DNA of 64,000 nucleotides from IMG/VR virus record IMGVR_UViG_3300049324_000053. The stretch is one strand, 5' to 3'. Position 1 is the first letter of the stretch, and every line of letters starts with the position of its first letter. Source of the stretch: a virus. This document shows, piece after piece, positions 28,194-37,494 of this stretch. Made by a program: the position numbers and the translations under genes. The notes below the pieces were generated by a model. It saw nothing but the letters and a program-made list of their open reading frames with translations, was not told the DNA's origin and did no database searches.

Positions 28194-28592
28194 GTGGACG
28201 AGACCGTGGAGATCCTCGCCGATTCCGATCTGATGCAGGTGTTGCGCGACAGCCAGGTCGACGTCGAGACTGGGCGGCTGGTCCCCGCCGCGGAGGTGTT
28301 GGCAGCAGTATCGTCGTGGTATTCCGGCGTGAGGCGTGTGGTGGTTCTGACGGCCAGCGTTCGTCGTCAACTCGATAGGTTGCCGCGTTCGGCGGCGATA
28401 GCAGTCCTGGAATTTGCAACCGGGCCGTTGTGTCACGAACCATATAAGCTTGGCGCGCTGTTGGCTTTGGACCTCACGGGTTATTGCGTGGCGCGGTTCG
28501 ATGGCTACTGCGTGGTTTACGCCGTAGACAGTGAGATGATCACTATCTACGGCGTCGCCGACCTCATGCATCCCTTATCGCGGAGCCAGTAG
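28194..28592 (+). CDS. Fusion of an antitoxin C-terminal segment and a degenerate RelE-family toxin
   Basis: 'ETVEILAD...DVETGR' then 'LTASVRRQLDRLP..A.AVLEF..GPL..EP..LG..L..DLTG'. Confidence 0.7.
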   Translation: MDETVEILADSDLMQVLRDSQVDVETGRLVPAAEVLAAVSSWYSGVRRVVVLTASVRRQLDRLPRSAAIAVLEFATGPLCHEPYKLGALLALDLTGYCVARFDGYCVVYAVDSEMITIYGVADLMHPLSRSQ

Positions 28593-29033
28593 CAACACCC
28601 GGTGTGCGCGAAGCCGTTGCATCGCCGCAGCGCGTACCGGTTCCCATGCCAGTCCCCCGAGCCCGCAGCCGGGCGCCGGTACGACCAGCGTCTCGTACGG
28701 GTTCACCGCGCACCAGGCAGCGGCCGCGGTGAGCAGTTCGTGCACCAGTGGCATGCGTGCCGGGTGGCGCCAGTCGTTCTTGGTCGGCGCCAGTAGCAGC
28801 CGGTGGTCGTGCACGATGATGCGGGTGTTCCCGTTCCTGAGCGCATTCCCGTAGCGGCCCGGCAGGTCCGGGTAGCGGCGCGCGGCGTCACCGGCGAGGC
28901 CCGCGCCCATCACCGCCTGCCCGTTGCGGCGCCGGCAAGTGTTCGTGGGCACGACCAGCCAGCAGCCGAGGTCGTGCAACGCCCATGCGTCGGTGCCTGC
29001 CGGCATCTGCACCAGGCCACCCGAAGTCTTCAC
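28575..29033 (-). CDS. Stand-alone macrodomain (DarG-like ADP-ribosyl hydrolase)
   Basis: PTN...VMGAGLA...RYP, PTKNDWR, PAPGCGLGGLAW. Confidence 0.85.
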   Translation of the reverse strand: MKTSGGLVQMPAGTDAWALHDLGCWLVVPTNTCRRRNGQAVMGAGLAGDAARRYPDLPGRYGNALRNGNTRIIVHDHRLLLAPTKNDWRHPARMPLVHELLTAAAAWCAVNPYETLVVPAPGCGLGGLAWEPVRAAAMQRLRAHRVLLLAPR

Positions 29034-29082
29034 CCCCAGCAGTCTGCCCGCTCTGCCCTGATCTGCTGTTGTCAAATGCCGG

Positions 29083-29520
29083 CTAACGCGTCCGCAGGGG
29101 CCGCGTTAGCCGGTATTTGACAACTTGCGTCAACGACCGTTGAGTGGAGGCGCTAGCGAGCAGGTGGAGACGACGTGCCAGGCGGTGCGCCCTGGGCTGG
29201 CGACCGGACATCGCGTGCGTCTCGCTGCCGGCGTCGGGAGCGCGGTCGTTCGCGGCGTCGTCGAGGGCGTTGTAGTACGCCGCTTGCAGCGTGTCGATCT
29301 CGTGGAAGGCCAGCGCACGGTCGAGCAGACTCATCCCGTGCCACAGGCCGCGGGCGTGATAGCGCATCTGCTGGACGTGCCGCTCGTCGTCATTGTCGAT
29401 GGCCATTTGTTCCCTTTCCTGGGTACGGCGGTAGTCGCGCAGCAGGTGGTCCTTGGTTTCACGTAGGCAGCGGTCCATCGCGGCCAGGTAGGCGTCGGTC
29501 GCATGCTGAACATCACTCAT
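29083..29520 (-). CDS. Hypothetical protein
   Basis: RBS; 145 aa. Confidence 0.6.
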   Translation of the reverse strand: MSDVQHATDAYLAAMDRCLRETKDHLLRDYRRTQEREQMAIDNDDERHVQQMRYHARGLWHGMSLLDRALAFHEIDTLQAAYYNALDDAANDRAPDAGSETHAMSGRQPRAHRLARRLHLLASASTQRSLTQVVKYRLTRPLRTR

Positions 29521-29642
29521 GGCGTGTCCCTTCGATGGTGGTCTGCTCAGAATAGGGCGATCGTCCGGTTATGGCTCTTGTCGCCGATGGCCGGGCGGAT
29601 CGTGGGCGTGCCCGGCCGTGCGCCCCGCGCTACGGCGATACG

Positions 29643-29864
29643 GTGAGCTGCGTGAATAAGCGCGCACCGTATCGGGCGTTGACCGCCGGCGAGCTGGCCG
29701 CGGAGCTGTTGGTGCACCCGGACGCGCCGGTGCATCTGGCGACACCGCACATGAACGCGATCATCGGCACGATGCACTTCGGCAACGACGACGGGTCCAT
29801 GCCGGATGCCCCGAACGGGATGACGATGTTGGGGTTCGCTCTGCCCGGTGAGGAGCAGGGATGA
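29643..29864 (+). CDS. Small hypothetical protein
   Basis: Coupled to the next gene. Confidence 0.5.
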   Translation: MSCVNKRAPYRALTAGELAAELLVHPDAPVHLATPHMNAIIGTMHFGNDDGSMPDAPNGMTMLGFALPGEEQG

Positions 29865-30400
29865 AGCAGATCAAGCTCAGCTTGCTGGTCAACGGCTTGG
29901 ACATCTCGACGGTGATCACGTTGAACACGATGAAGCTGACTGCGGCGTTCGAGCTGCTCGACTCCCAGCGGGGGCACACCCCGCTGTGCCTGGCTGTCCT
30001 TTCCGGGCCCACCGTGGCGGACGTGCGACGGCGTGTCCCCCTGGTGCTCGCGGATCTGCTCGCTCACGCGCCCTACGCCGAGGTGCTCGGTGTGTACGAC
30101 GAGCTGGTCACGGTGGACGCCGTCGCCCGTCGTTGCAGCGTCGGGCGCTACATGGTGACCGACTGGGCCCAGCGGTCGTGGTTTCCCGCGCCGCGCCAGT
30201 GGGCGGAAATCGGCGACGGCCTGGTGCCGTTGTACCTGTGGCGTGAGGTCGTCGGCTGGCTACGCAGCAGCCATATCCCGGGGCTGGACGAGGACGGCTG
30301 CGTGGACCCCGAGGAGGGTATCGGCTATCCCACCGACTACGACATCTGCGTGATCAACGGTGCGGTGCATGCCGCGCGACGGCTGCTGGAGCCGTCATGA
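29861..30400 (+). CDS. HicB-like/AlpA-type HTH protein, paralogue of 31061..31624
   Basis: 'ELVTVDAVARRCSVGR..V..W....FPAP...LYLWREVVGWL'. Confidence 0.65.
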   Translation: MKQIKLSLLVNGLDISTVITLNTMKLTAAFELLDSQRGHTPLCLAVLSGPTVADVRRRVPLVLADLLAHAPYAEVLGVYDELVTVDAVARRCSVGRYMVTDWAQRSWFPAPRQWAEIGDGLVPLYLWREVVGWLRSSHIPGLDEDGCVDPEEGIGYPTDYDICVINGAVHAARRLLEPS

Positions 30401-30951
30401 CCGAGCCGGTGATGCCGGAGTCGGAGTTCGTGACCTGGACGACGACCGAGAAGCCGCATGGCGACTGGACAACGTACGGCTACTTTTTGGCCGGCGCCCG
30501 CGGCGCGGTGGAGTTCATGGTGTATCGACGACCGTTGCCGCGTGAGGATGGTGAGTTCCTGCTGAGTCTGTGGCCGAACATCGTCGACGGTGTCGGGCTG
30601 ATGGCGTCGCGGCATCATGAGGCGTTACGTGCCCGGCCGCAGCTGATGGACAAGCTGCCGTGGCTGTACTACTTGGACGGTCAGGTCGTGGAGTGCCTGG
30701 GTGAACGGGTGGGGTGGCATTCCCCTCGCCCGTGGTACACGGGCGCTGATGATGATACCGAGGGTTTACAGTGTGCGGCGTTGCGTGGAGCATGGGCCGG
30801 CAAGCGTTGCTATTTCCAAGGCCGTCCCGATGCCGGGATGTGGGTGTTCGAAGCGTTGCTGGCGGGCCTGCCGACGTTCTGGCAGGCATTGCAACACGAG
30901 TATCAGCACGCCTTCTGTCAGGAACCGAGCAGTCATCGACGTTGTCCATAG
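30397..30951 (+). CDS. Hypothetical protein
   Basis: Coupled. Confidence 0.65.
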   Translation: MTEPVMPESEFVTWTTTEKPHGDWTTYGYFLAGARGAVEFMVYRRPLPREDGEFLLSLWPNIVDGVGLMASRHHEALRARPQLMDKLPWLYYLDGQVVECLGERVGWHSPRPWYTGADDDTEGLQCAALRGAWAGKRCYFQGRPDAGMWVFEALLAGLPTFWQALQHEYQHAFCQEPSSHRRCP

Positions 30952-30958
30952 GCGGGAA

Positions 30959-31002
30959 GCGAACCCCGGTCCCCGCCCATCCGGACGGGGACCGGGGTTC
31001 GC
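30959..31002. terminator. Hairpin between convergent genes
   Basis: GCGAACCCCGGTCCCC...GGGGACCGGGGTTCGC. Confidence 0.7.
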
Positions 31003-31060
31003 GTTCATGTTAGGCCGCCGGCAGCGTGTTCATGGGATCCCTATGGCCGTCGTTTTATGT

Positions 31061-31624
31061 TCAGGCGGCCAGTTGCGGAAGCTGTTGCACGATTGTGCGC
31101 GCGAAGCTCCATCCGTCACGATGCGCCTGGTCACAGTTACGATGTTCGGCGTATCGGGCCAGCTGTAGCAGTGCGTTCGCGATGCGCAGTTGGTCGTGGA
31201 CGGCTGTGGGCTGCTGCTCGTCGTTTCCGGCGGGCAGGCCGTGCGTCTGCAACCAGCTGCGGACGGAAGCCCAGGGGTACACCCGTACGCCGGTGCTGAC
31301 CGACCGTGGGAAGCCGCCAGGCCCTCGGTCCCCGTGAGCGAGCTGGTCGATGCTCTGTACTGTGCGCCCGATGCGGTCAGCGATCTGCTTGATGGTGACG
31401 TAGTCGTCGTCTCCGTCGCTGATCTCCGTGACCTCGAATCCGGCCTTTCGGACCTGGGCGACCGCTGACCAGACGGCATCCAGCAGGGTGGGGGCTTCAC
31501 GGGTCATGTGCAGCCGGTCGTTCCCGGGGGTGCTGTCGTCCAGCCCGGCTTCGAAGATGCGGTCGAAATCCGCATCTTCGGTGGGTTCCCGATCGAGGAT
31601 GAGGTCGAACTTCCATTTGGGCAT
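31061..31624 (-). CDS. Putative antitoxin (HicB-like + HTH)
   Basis: 'REAPTLLDAVWSAVAQV', 'YVTIKQIADRIGRTVQSI', 'GPGGFP', 'YPWASVRSWL'; AAAGGAG RBS. Confidence 0.7.
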   Translation of the reverse strand: MPKWKFDLILDREPTEDADFDRIFEAGLDDSTPGNDRLHMTREAPTLLDAVWSAVAQVRKAGFEVTEISDGDDDYVTIKQIADRIGRTVQSIDQLAHGDRGPGGFPRSVSTGVRVYPWASVRSWLQTHGLPAGNDEQQPTAVHDQLRIANALLQLARYAEHRNCDQAHRDGWSFARTIVQQLPQLAA

Positions 31625-31718
31625 TACATTCTCCTTTCTGTTGAGAGCATACCAGAAGTGTTTATACTTTGCAACGCCTGAAGCGGGGCGGCCCGCTGGC
31701 TGCGGGCCGCCGGTAGCT

Positions 31719-31949
31719 TCAGTCGCTCCCTCCTGGATGTTCCACGTGGCGTTGCAGGAAGCGCCGGAGATCCTTGGCGTGGTCTACCTGGTCACGTGGT
31801 GTGGACCAGATAGATTGATGCTCTCCGCACTGGCAGAGCAAATATCCCCACCGATAGCTCCTCGGGGATACGATGACTTCGAATCCCAACTGCCGAGCTT
31901 CTTTCAGGACCTTGGCTACCTCCTTCTTGCTATGCCGCTCATTCGGCAT
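31719..31949 (-). CDS. Putative HicA-like toxin
   Basis: 'RHSKKEV...A...GF', 'WGYLLC.C', 'SIWSTPR...HAK'. Confidence 0.6.
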   Translation of the reverse strand: MPNERHSKKEVAKVLKEARQLGFEVIVSPRSYRWGYLLCQCGEHQSIWSTPRDQVDHAKDLRRFLQRHVEHPGGSD

Positions 31950-31955
31950 GTTTAA

Positions 31956-31985
31956 ATGATACCACAATGCGTTGAAGCATGTCAA
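31956..31985 (-). promoter_or_regulatory. Consensus sigma70/SigA promoter, leaderless transcript
   Basis: TTGACA-18 bp-(TGG)TATCAT-6 nt-ATG. Confidence 0.85.
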
Positions 31986-32020
31986 CAGTGCACGGCTTGA
32001 TCCCGGGGTATCATGCCGCT

Positions 32021-32296
32021 ATGTCCCAGGATGCGATGCCGGCGCGGATGCGGCTGGCGTATGTGCTCGACAACGTGGGTCTGGCGGCGATGGCCGTGCG
32101 CGCCCGCGCCGGCGTCTATGACGACCTGCTGTCCGACTCCCCCACGCCGACGGTGGATCTGGTGACCGAGCTGCGGGCCGTGGGCCGTAAGGATCTGGCC
32201 GAGCGGGCGATCGCCGGCGAGTGGCTGCCGACGCACGAGGAGGCGGCGGCGTGGGCGCGCTGTTACCCGCCGCAGGACGTCATCCGCACGTTGTGA
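32021..32296 (+). CDS. Hypothetical protein
   Basis: TATCAT 6 nt before ATG. Confidence 0.65.
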   Translation: MSQDAMPARMRLAYVLDNVGLAAMAVRARAGVYDDLLSDSPTPTVDLVTELRAVGRKDLAERAIAGEWLPTHEEAAAWARCYPPQDVIRTL

Positions 32297-32335
32297 CGCT
32301 GTGGGCATGCTACGTCTGCGCATAGGGTTTATCGT

Positions 32336-32509
32336 ATGGAAAGCTTGTGGCCGGTATTATCGCTGATAGCCGGTATTGTCATGCTTTGTGCGTTGTGGCA
32401 GGTGAGCCGGCGGCGGGAGCGTGCGGCGGCTGTGCTGATCGAGGAACTGTCGGAGCTTGTCCAGGCGCTGACCCAACAGCTGTCGCAGTTCAATAGTAAC
32501 TCACGGTAA
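32336..32509 (+). CDS. 57-aa membrane peptide (not in ORF track)
   Basis: MESLWPVLSLIAGIVMLCALWQV...; TAGGGT 7 nt before ATG. Confidence 0.55.
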   Translation: MESLWPVLSLIAGIVMLCALWQVSRRRERAAAVLIEELSELVQALTQQLSQFNSNSR

Positions 32510-32618
32510 CTACCGATAAGGCAAAGGTATCGGTAGTACCGAATTCTGTCCTGTGACGTATGTCGACGTAAGGGTAGGGGCTAGGGGAATGCTATTCCGT
32601 TCAATGGAATAGTGCGGT

Positions 32619-32888
32619 TCAATGTATGCCCAGCCTGGTCGGCCGGCGTGGATCGTGCTGTGCCTGCCGGCGCGCATAGGCGGCCAGCTCGCGTTGGGCT
32701 CGCTCCAGCGTCACCTGGCCGACCTCGTTTTGCCCGTGGTGGTAAGCCTCGGCGGACGCCAGGAACAGGTGCATGCAGGAAGCCAACTGCTGTTCACGTT
32801 GGGCGTACGCCCGCACCGTTCCGACCAGCACCCAGGTCGGCAATGTCACGGCTGCCACCACGCAGAGAACCAGCACCATTGTCAACAT
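32619..32888 (-). CDS. Small membrane protein
   Basis: N-terminal hydrophobic helix. Confidence 0.55.
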   Translation of the reverse strand: MLTMVLVLCVVAAVTLPTWVLVGTVRAYAQREQQLASCMHLFLASAEAYHHGQNEVGQVTLERAQRELAAYARRQAQHDPRRPTRLGIH

Positions 32889-32904
32889 ATGGGGAGTCTA
32901 GAGT

Positions 32905-33090
32905 TCAATGCCCGTCCGGAGTACCGGTCAGTAGCAGGCAGCCGATGAAGAACATCACCAGCAACTGCGCGGCGCACAGTCCGGTGAACCACCAGCTGCG
33001 GTACACCGCCCGCACCTGACCGCCTCGACTGCCCAGGCCGAGCGCGGCCATGTCGAATATCGTGCACACCACGAGCACTCCCGTGATCAT
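32905..33090 (-). CDS. Small two-TM protein
   Basis: Two hydrophobic stretches. Confidence 0.5.
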   Translation of the reverse strand: MITGVLVVCTIFDMAALGLGSRGGQVRAVYRSWWFTGLCAAQLLVMFFIGCLLLTGTPDGH

Positions 33091-33325
33091 CTCAGCGTCC
33101 CATCGCGGCGCCGGCGAGCTAGGAGCGGCGCATCACAGTAGGTATCGGGGCGATCTACCCTGAACAGGTGAAGAACACCATACGGGGCGGCCGGCATCGG
33201 GATCGGATGAACATCCCCGTGATGCTGTCGTGCAACCACAACATCACCGTGCGCCGCGCGATCCTCGGCAAGCTGGAACGCTGCCCGGCGTGCGGCGTGG
33301 ATCGCACTGTCGTGCGGCGCTGCTG

Positions 33326-33523
33326 GTGAGCGCGCCACTGGATATGGGGGTCGACGAGCTGCGGCGCTTGGCCCGGTTCCTGGAGTTGTTGACCGAGGCG
33401 ACCCGCGAGACACAGGTGCGGGTCGACCGGTTCGACGTCCTGATTCCCGATGCGGATCTGGCATTGACCATTCGGTTCGACCCTGCGCCGTGCGAGTACC
33501 GGGTCGACGATCGGCGCAGTTGA
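33326..33523 (+). CDS. Small hypothetical protein
   Basis: Plausible composition. Confidence 0.45.
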   Translation: MSAPLDMGVDELRRLARFLELLTEATRETQVRVDRFDVLIPDADLALTIRFDPAPCEYRVDDRRS

Positions 33524-33645
33524 CGCGATGTTGGGGCCGCATGGTCAACCGGCAAGGTCGAGCAGTACCCGCAATCCACGGTCGATGGCTTGCAGCTCGT
33601 CGTAGCTCACGACGCCGACGTGTGCTCCGAGGCGCTGCGGGTCGC

Positions 33646-34197
33646 TCAAGACGGCAGCGTGAGGTCGGTGCGGCAGCGACGGGTGACGGCGTCGACCATC
33701 TCGGCGATCGCCACTTTGTCCAGCGGGGTCAGTTCCTTCAGCAGCCGCAGGTAAGCGGTCTCGTTCGCGGCGACGCCCGCAGCGACGAACACTCCCAAGC
33801 CCTGGCCGCGAGCTTGTTCGGGAGTCCAGTACGCCGGCGCCGAGTCGGCGAACCGGCTCTCGACCAGCGCCTCACCGTCCTTGGTCATGACCGGGCCCAG
33901 TTGCAGCCCGTCGGCGGCGGCCAGCAGACCGGTGCGTCCGGCGCGTAGCCGTTGGATGAAGCTGCCGACGACTTCGGGCGGGAAGTCGTGCTCGCGCAGA
34001 TGCTCCCAGATGGCCAGCTCGTATTCCGCGGCGCCGGCGGCGGTGAACCAGGCGTTCAGCCAGCGACGAGCGCGGCGTTGGCTGAATTGGAAGCGGCGTG
34101 GTGGTGAGCCGTCACCCTGGTTGTAGACCAGGACGACGTCGCTGCTGGTGATGTCTTCGTTGAAGATGGTGCCGATATCGACTGACGCTGTTGTCAT
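33646..34197 (-). CDS. Hypothetical protein
   Basis: 183 aa. Confidence 0.65.
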   Translation of the reverse strand: MTTASVDIGTIFNEDITSSDVVLVYNQGDGSPPRRFQFSQRRARRWLNAWFTAAGAAEYELAIWEHLREHDFPPEVVGSFIQRLRAGRTGLLAAADGLQLGPVMTKDGEALVESRFADSAPAYWTPEQARGQGLGVFVAAGVAANETAYLRLLKELTPLDKVAIAEMVDAVTRRCRTDLTLPS

Positions 34198-34212
34198 GCG
34201 TTATTTCTACCG

Positions 34213-34740
34213 CTACCTGTGGGGTTGTGCTGGACGGCTGGCGGCCGAACGTGGCGCGGCTGCCTTTTTACGTTGTTCGTGCCGTAGCTGTGTCTTGGCG
34301 CGCCAGACGGGGTCGACGCGGGCTCGCTCGTACCAGGCGCGATGGCTGCAGGCGCGTGAGCAGTAGCGCGTCGGGCGCGGCGCGAGGAACGACTGGCCGC
34401 ATTGCATGCAGGTGCAGGTGCGTGGCGGGTCTGTGTGGTGCCGTGCTTGCCGATGTTGCATTTGGCAGGTCGAGTTGCAGTACTCGCGGGGGCGTCCCCG
34501 TTGCGCCTGCAGCTCGGGCAGCGCCTGCTGGCAGGTCTTGCAGTGGGTCGGGCGGGCCCGCGGGAAGTGGATCCGGCGCATGGACTCGGTGGATTTGGGG
34601 CTGCGGCCGAGCGTCTCAGCGATCACCGTGGCCTTGATCCCGGCGGCGGTCAGTTCGCCGAGCGTTTTGAGTTCGGTGGGGCTCCATCGGGACCACGGCT
34701 TCGGTTTCGGCGCCCCGCCGTGGGAAACCTGCATCCTCAT
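34213..34740 (-). CDS. HTH + double Zn-ribbon DNA-binding protein
   Basis: 'WSPTE...IAETLGRS', CKTC..YCNSTC, CMQC..YCSRAC. Confidence 0.7.
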   Translation of the reverse strand: MRMQVSHGGAPKPKPWSRWSPTELKTLGELTAAGIKATVIAETLGRSPKSTESMRRIHFPRARPTHCKTCQQALPELQAQRGRPREYCNSTCQMQHRQARHHTDPPRTCTCMQCGQSFLAPRPTRYCSRACSHRAWYERARVDPVWRAKTQLRHEQRKKAAAPRSAASRPAQPHR

Positions 34741-34779
34741 ATCATGCCATTAGGGGCGGACCGGGAGGAATGTGGTTCG

Positions 34780-35265
34780 TTACCGTTCGCGGTCGCGGCG
34801 AACCGTCGGTGACATCTTCGCCCGCTCCAGCAACTGCGTCAGGGCAGGGTCGTTGTCGTACTCGGCCTGTGCGTCGTCGTCGCTGAACGACCGGCGGCGC
34901 GCGGTGGTTCGCCGCTCGGCCAGTTCTTCGGCGCTCATGCTCGCGGCCAGCTGCGCGTATCCCTTGGACAGTTCGGCTTCGGTGCGCCGGTCAAGCTCGA
35001 TCATCGCGTTGACCTCGTCGGGATACATGATCCAGTACGCCAGTGCGACACCGATCAGGCCCACCGGGACGCCGGTGTCGGTTTCCAGCATCCGCAGTCG
35101 TTCCGCCTCGGACAGTTCGGGCTCTGCGACGAGGCTGCTTTGCATTGCTCGGACGATCTCCCAGACGTCCGGCCCCTGGACAAGGGTGGCACGCCGGCCC
35201 ATCGGACCATCCTGGAAGGTGATACCCGGGTAGATGGTCGTGCGCCTGACTTCTTCGGCGTTCAT
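34780..35265 (-). CDS. Orphan DUF433-like antitoxin, N-terminally truncated
   Basis: 'PGITFQDGPMGRRATL..GPDVWEIV', 'ALAY...YPDEV..IE'. Confidence 0.6.
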   Translation of the reverse strand: MNAEEVRRTTIYPGITFQDGPMGRRATLVQGPDVWEIVRAMQSSLVAEPELSEAERLRMLETDTGVPVGLIGVALAYWIMYPDEVNAMIELDRRTEAELSKGYAQLAASMSAEELAERRTTARRRSFSDDDAQAEYDNDPALTQLLERAKMSPTVRRDRER

Positions 35266-35331
35266 GGCGACGAATCTACCCGGCGGCATGTATTCGATGG
35301 CGTGTCGTCGGGGACCTGGCATGCTTTGTAG

Positions 35332-36057
35332 ATGCCTGTGCATATACCGCCCGATGATCCGTTGCTGACGCTGCCCGACACTGTCGTCGAGCAGATGCAT
35401 CTGGCCGCTCACGAGGCGTTGCCGGTAGCCACCGGTGGCTTGCTGCTCGGTCACCGGGACGGCGGGCGCATCACGGTGACACGCGCCGCGGTGACTGCCG
35501 ACCCGTATGCTGCCGCGGACCGCTGGCACTGCTCCATCGAGGCCAGGGAAGCGGTATTGAAGCAGGTGCGTGATCATGGCATCAGGAGCCGGTGGGCCGA
35601 TGAAGGGGGCCGGTGGGCCAGCGAAGTGGGCATCTGGGTCTCGTCACCCGTCGTCGAGCGGCTCAGCTTGGACGACGCCGATTCGATTCTTGGGTTGTCC
35701 CAGTTGCATTCCGGCTCGGTAGCGCTGCTGTTCTACCGGTTGGACGCCACCATCGACTGTGTGATCGCCCGTCGGGGACGGCTTATTGCCGGCAGGGGCG
35801 CCATGCCGGGCCGTGTGCATTCGTTGGCGCTGTCAGTGCTGGCCGAACCGTTCTGGACCAGCTATGAGCAGCAGCGGCGGACATTGTCTGCTCCTGCACC
35901 TTTTCGCTGGAACGAGGACTCGATGCAGGTGGATGCGGAACTCGACTCTTCACCCGAGGCGACCTACGACGGAATCTGCCCCCGCTGCAATGACCTTGCG
36001 CAGTGGCAGACGCATGAAGGTTCCGACCCGGACATCAACTGCCCCACCTGTGGCTGA
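35332..36057 (+). CDS. Degenerate JAB/MPN domain + C-terminal Zn ribbon
   Basis: 'PVATGGLLLG', 'VGIWVSSP...SLDD'; CPRC/CPTC. Confidence 0.6.
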   Translation: MPVHIPPDDPLLTLPDTVVEQMHLAAHEALPVATGGLLLGHRDGGRITVTRAAVTADPYAAADRWHCSIEAREAVLKQVRDHGIRSRWADEGGRWASEVGIWVSSPVVERLSLDDADSILGLSQLHSGSVALLFYRLDATIDCVIARRGRLIAGRGAMPGRVHSLALSVLAEPFWTSYEQQRRTLSAPAPFRWNEDSMQVDAELDSSPEATYDGICPRCNDLAQWQTHEGSDPDINCPTCG

Positions 36058-36450
36058 TCAACGTCGCTCTGCGCGCGACTGGTCGAACTCGTGCAGCTGC
36101 ACCGGGATGCCGGCGGCTTTCGCCCGGTCGATCGTGTCGCTGGTGCCGCGGCTGGCGCCGATACGAAACGCCAGGCACAGGTCCGCACCGTCGGCAACCA
36201 TCTGCGCGTTGCGCAGCGGACCCGCGGCCTTGCCGTGACGTTCCCAGTCGGCCGGGCGCCGGACCTCAGTGACCCCGTCAGGGTTCAGGTGGCACCAGAT
36301 GGCCGCGTAGGCATCCGCGCCGGTCGGGCAGGCGCCGTGCACGATGACCAGGTCGGCGCGCCGGTGCAGCTGGTCGAGCTTGTGGTACACCAGGTCCGGG
36401 TCCGGCCAGTTGCGTGATCCGGTGACCAGTACCCGCAGCGTCGGCCTCAC
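36058..36450 (-). CDS. SLOG-family (YspA/DUF2493-like) protein
   Basis: VLVTGSRNW, IVHGACPTGAD, ADWERHGKAAGPLRNAQMV, SRGT. Confidence 0.88.
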   Translation of the reverse strand: MRPTLRVLVTGSRNWPDPDLVYHKLDQLHRRADLVIVHGACPTGADAYAAIWCHLNPDGVTEVRRPADWERHGKAAGPLRNAQMVADGADLCLAFRIGASRGTSDTIDRAKAAGIPVQLHEFDQSRAERR

Positions 36451-36641
36451 CGTTGGCTGCCTTCCAGTGCGTCGAGGTGGGAACGGACGATCGCTTGCAC
36501 GCGGCCGCGGCGCGCCTGGGCAAGCTCGTCGTGCGCCGCGGCGACGTCGGCGAGCGCCTCGTCGAGCGCCTTCGCGTCGTCCGCCAGGGCGGCGTACACG
36601 GCGCGTTCATGTGCTTCGTGCAGTGCGGCCGCCGGGGTCAT
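36447..36641 (-). CDS. Small coiled-coil protein
   Basis: Coupled on both sides. Confidence 0.55.
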   Translation of the reverse strand: MTPAAALHEAHERAVYAALADDAKALDEALADVAAAHDELAQARRGRVQAIVRSHLDALEGSQR

Positions 36642-37198
36642 GACTGACCTTGGCTGTTGCCGAGGTCATGGATGGGGGTGGTGTCGTCGATCTGCGGATC
36701 CTTGCTCGCGCACAGGTAGCACACCAGGATCATCATCGGGTTGGCCTTCAACGCTCGTTGAATGCGGGGACCGACCCAGCACGGCTCGTTGCATCGCGTG
36801 CAGGGCATGACCACCGATCCGGGGTACTTGTTCGGGAGTGTCTGACCGGACTCCTTGACGATGCGTAACAGTTCGGCGTTGGGGGTGATGGGGCGTGCTG
36901 CGGCCAGCAGTGTCTGCGGTGGACCGTCATCATGGCAGGTGCACCGGTTCAGCCAGAATCGCTGCACATCATGCCCGCCGGTGATCAAAGCGGCGGTGAC
37001 GTACTGGTTGATTTGCTCCTTCTCCTCGGGGACGGTTGCAGCTGCGGCCATGAGGGCGTCGAGCGCGGCCTGGTTCATGCCGGTCACCGCGGCGATGACT
37101 TTGCCGGCCAGGTCGTCGGAGGGTTCAGGCGTCGCGCCACACATGTCCACAGGCAGGCAGTCTAGGGTGTTTGGCTCATCATGGGCGGGTGACGTCAT
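36638..37198 (-). CDS. Hypothetical Cys-rich protein
   Basis: CTRC, CYLC. Confidence 0.6.
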   Translation of the reverse strand: MTSPAHDEPNTLDCLPVDMCGATPEPSDDLAGKVIAAVTGMNQAALDALMAAAATVPEEKEQINQYVTAALITGGHDVQRFWLNRCTCHDDGPPQTLLAAARPITPNAELLRIVKESGQTLPNKYPGSVVMPCTRCNEPCWVGPRIQRALKANPMMILVCYLCASKDPQIDDTTPIHDLGNSQGQS

Positions 37199-37494
37199 CG
37201 TCGTTCGACGAGTCCGAGCCGCCCGAACCGTTGTCCGTGCCGCAGTCGCCGGTGGCGATGCTGGAGGCGCGGTTGCGGCGTGAGGGCGTTCAGCTGGCGG
37301 CGCTGCGCGAGCAGATGGTTGCGGCCAAGGCCAGTGCGTATGCTGCGGCGCGTCTTGCGTGGCCGCAGTTGACCGAGCAGCGGATCGCGGCGTTGCTCGG
37401 GGTGGACCGGATGACGGTGCGCCGGGCTTTGGGCAAGATGCCGTCGCGGGCACGCGGGTCCATGCCGGATATGTCGCCTACGGTGGAAGAGTGA
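37189..37494 (+). CDS. Small HTH protein
   Basis: 'TEQRIAALLGVDRMTVRRALGK'. Confidence 0.7.
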   Translation: MTSSSFDESEPPEPLSVPQSPVAMLEARLRREGVQLAALREQMVAAKASAYAAARLAWPQLTEQRIAALLGVDRMTVRRALGKMPSRARGSMPDMSPTVEE

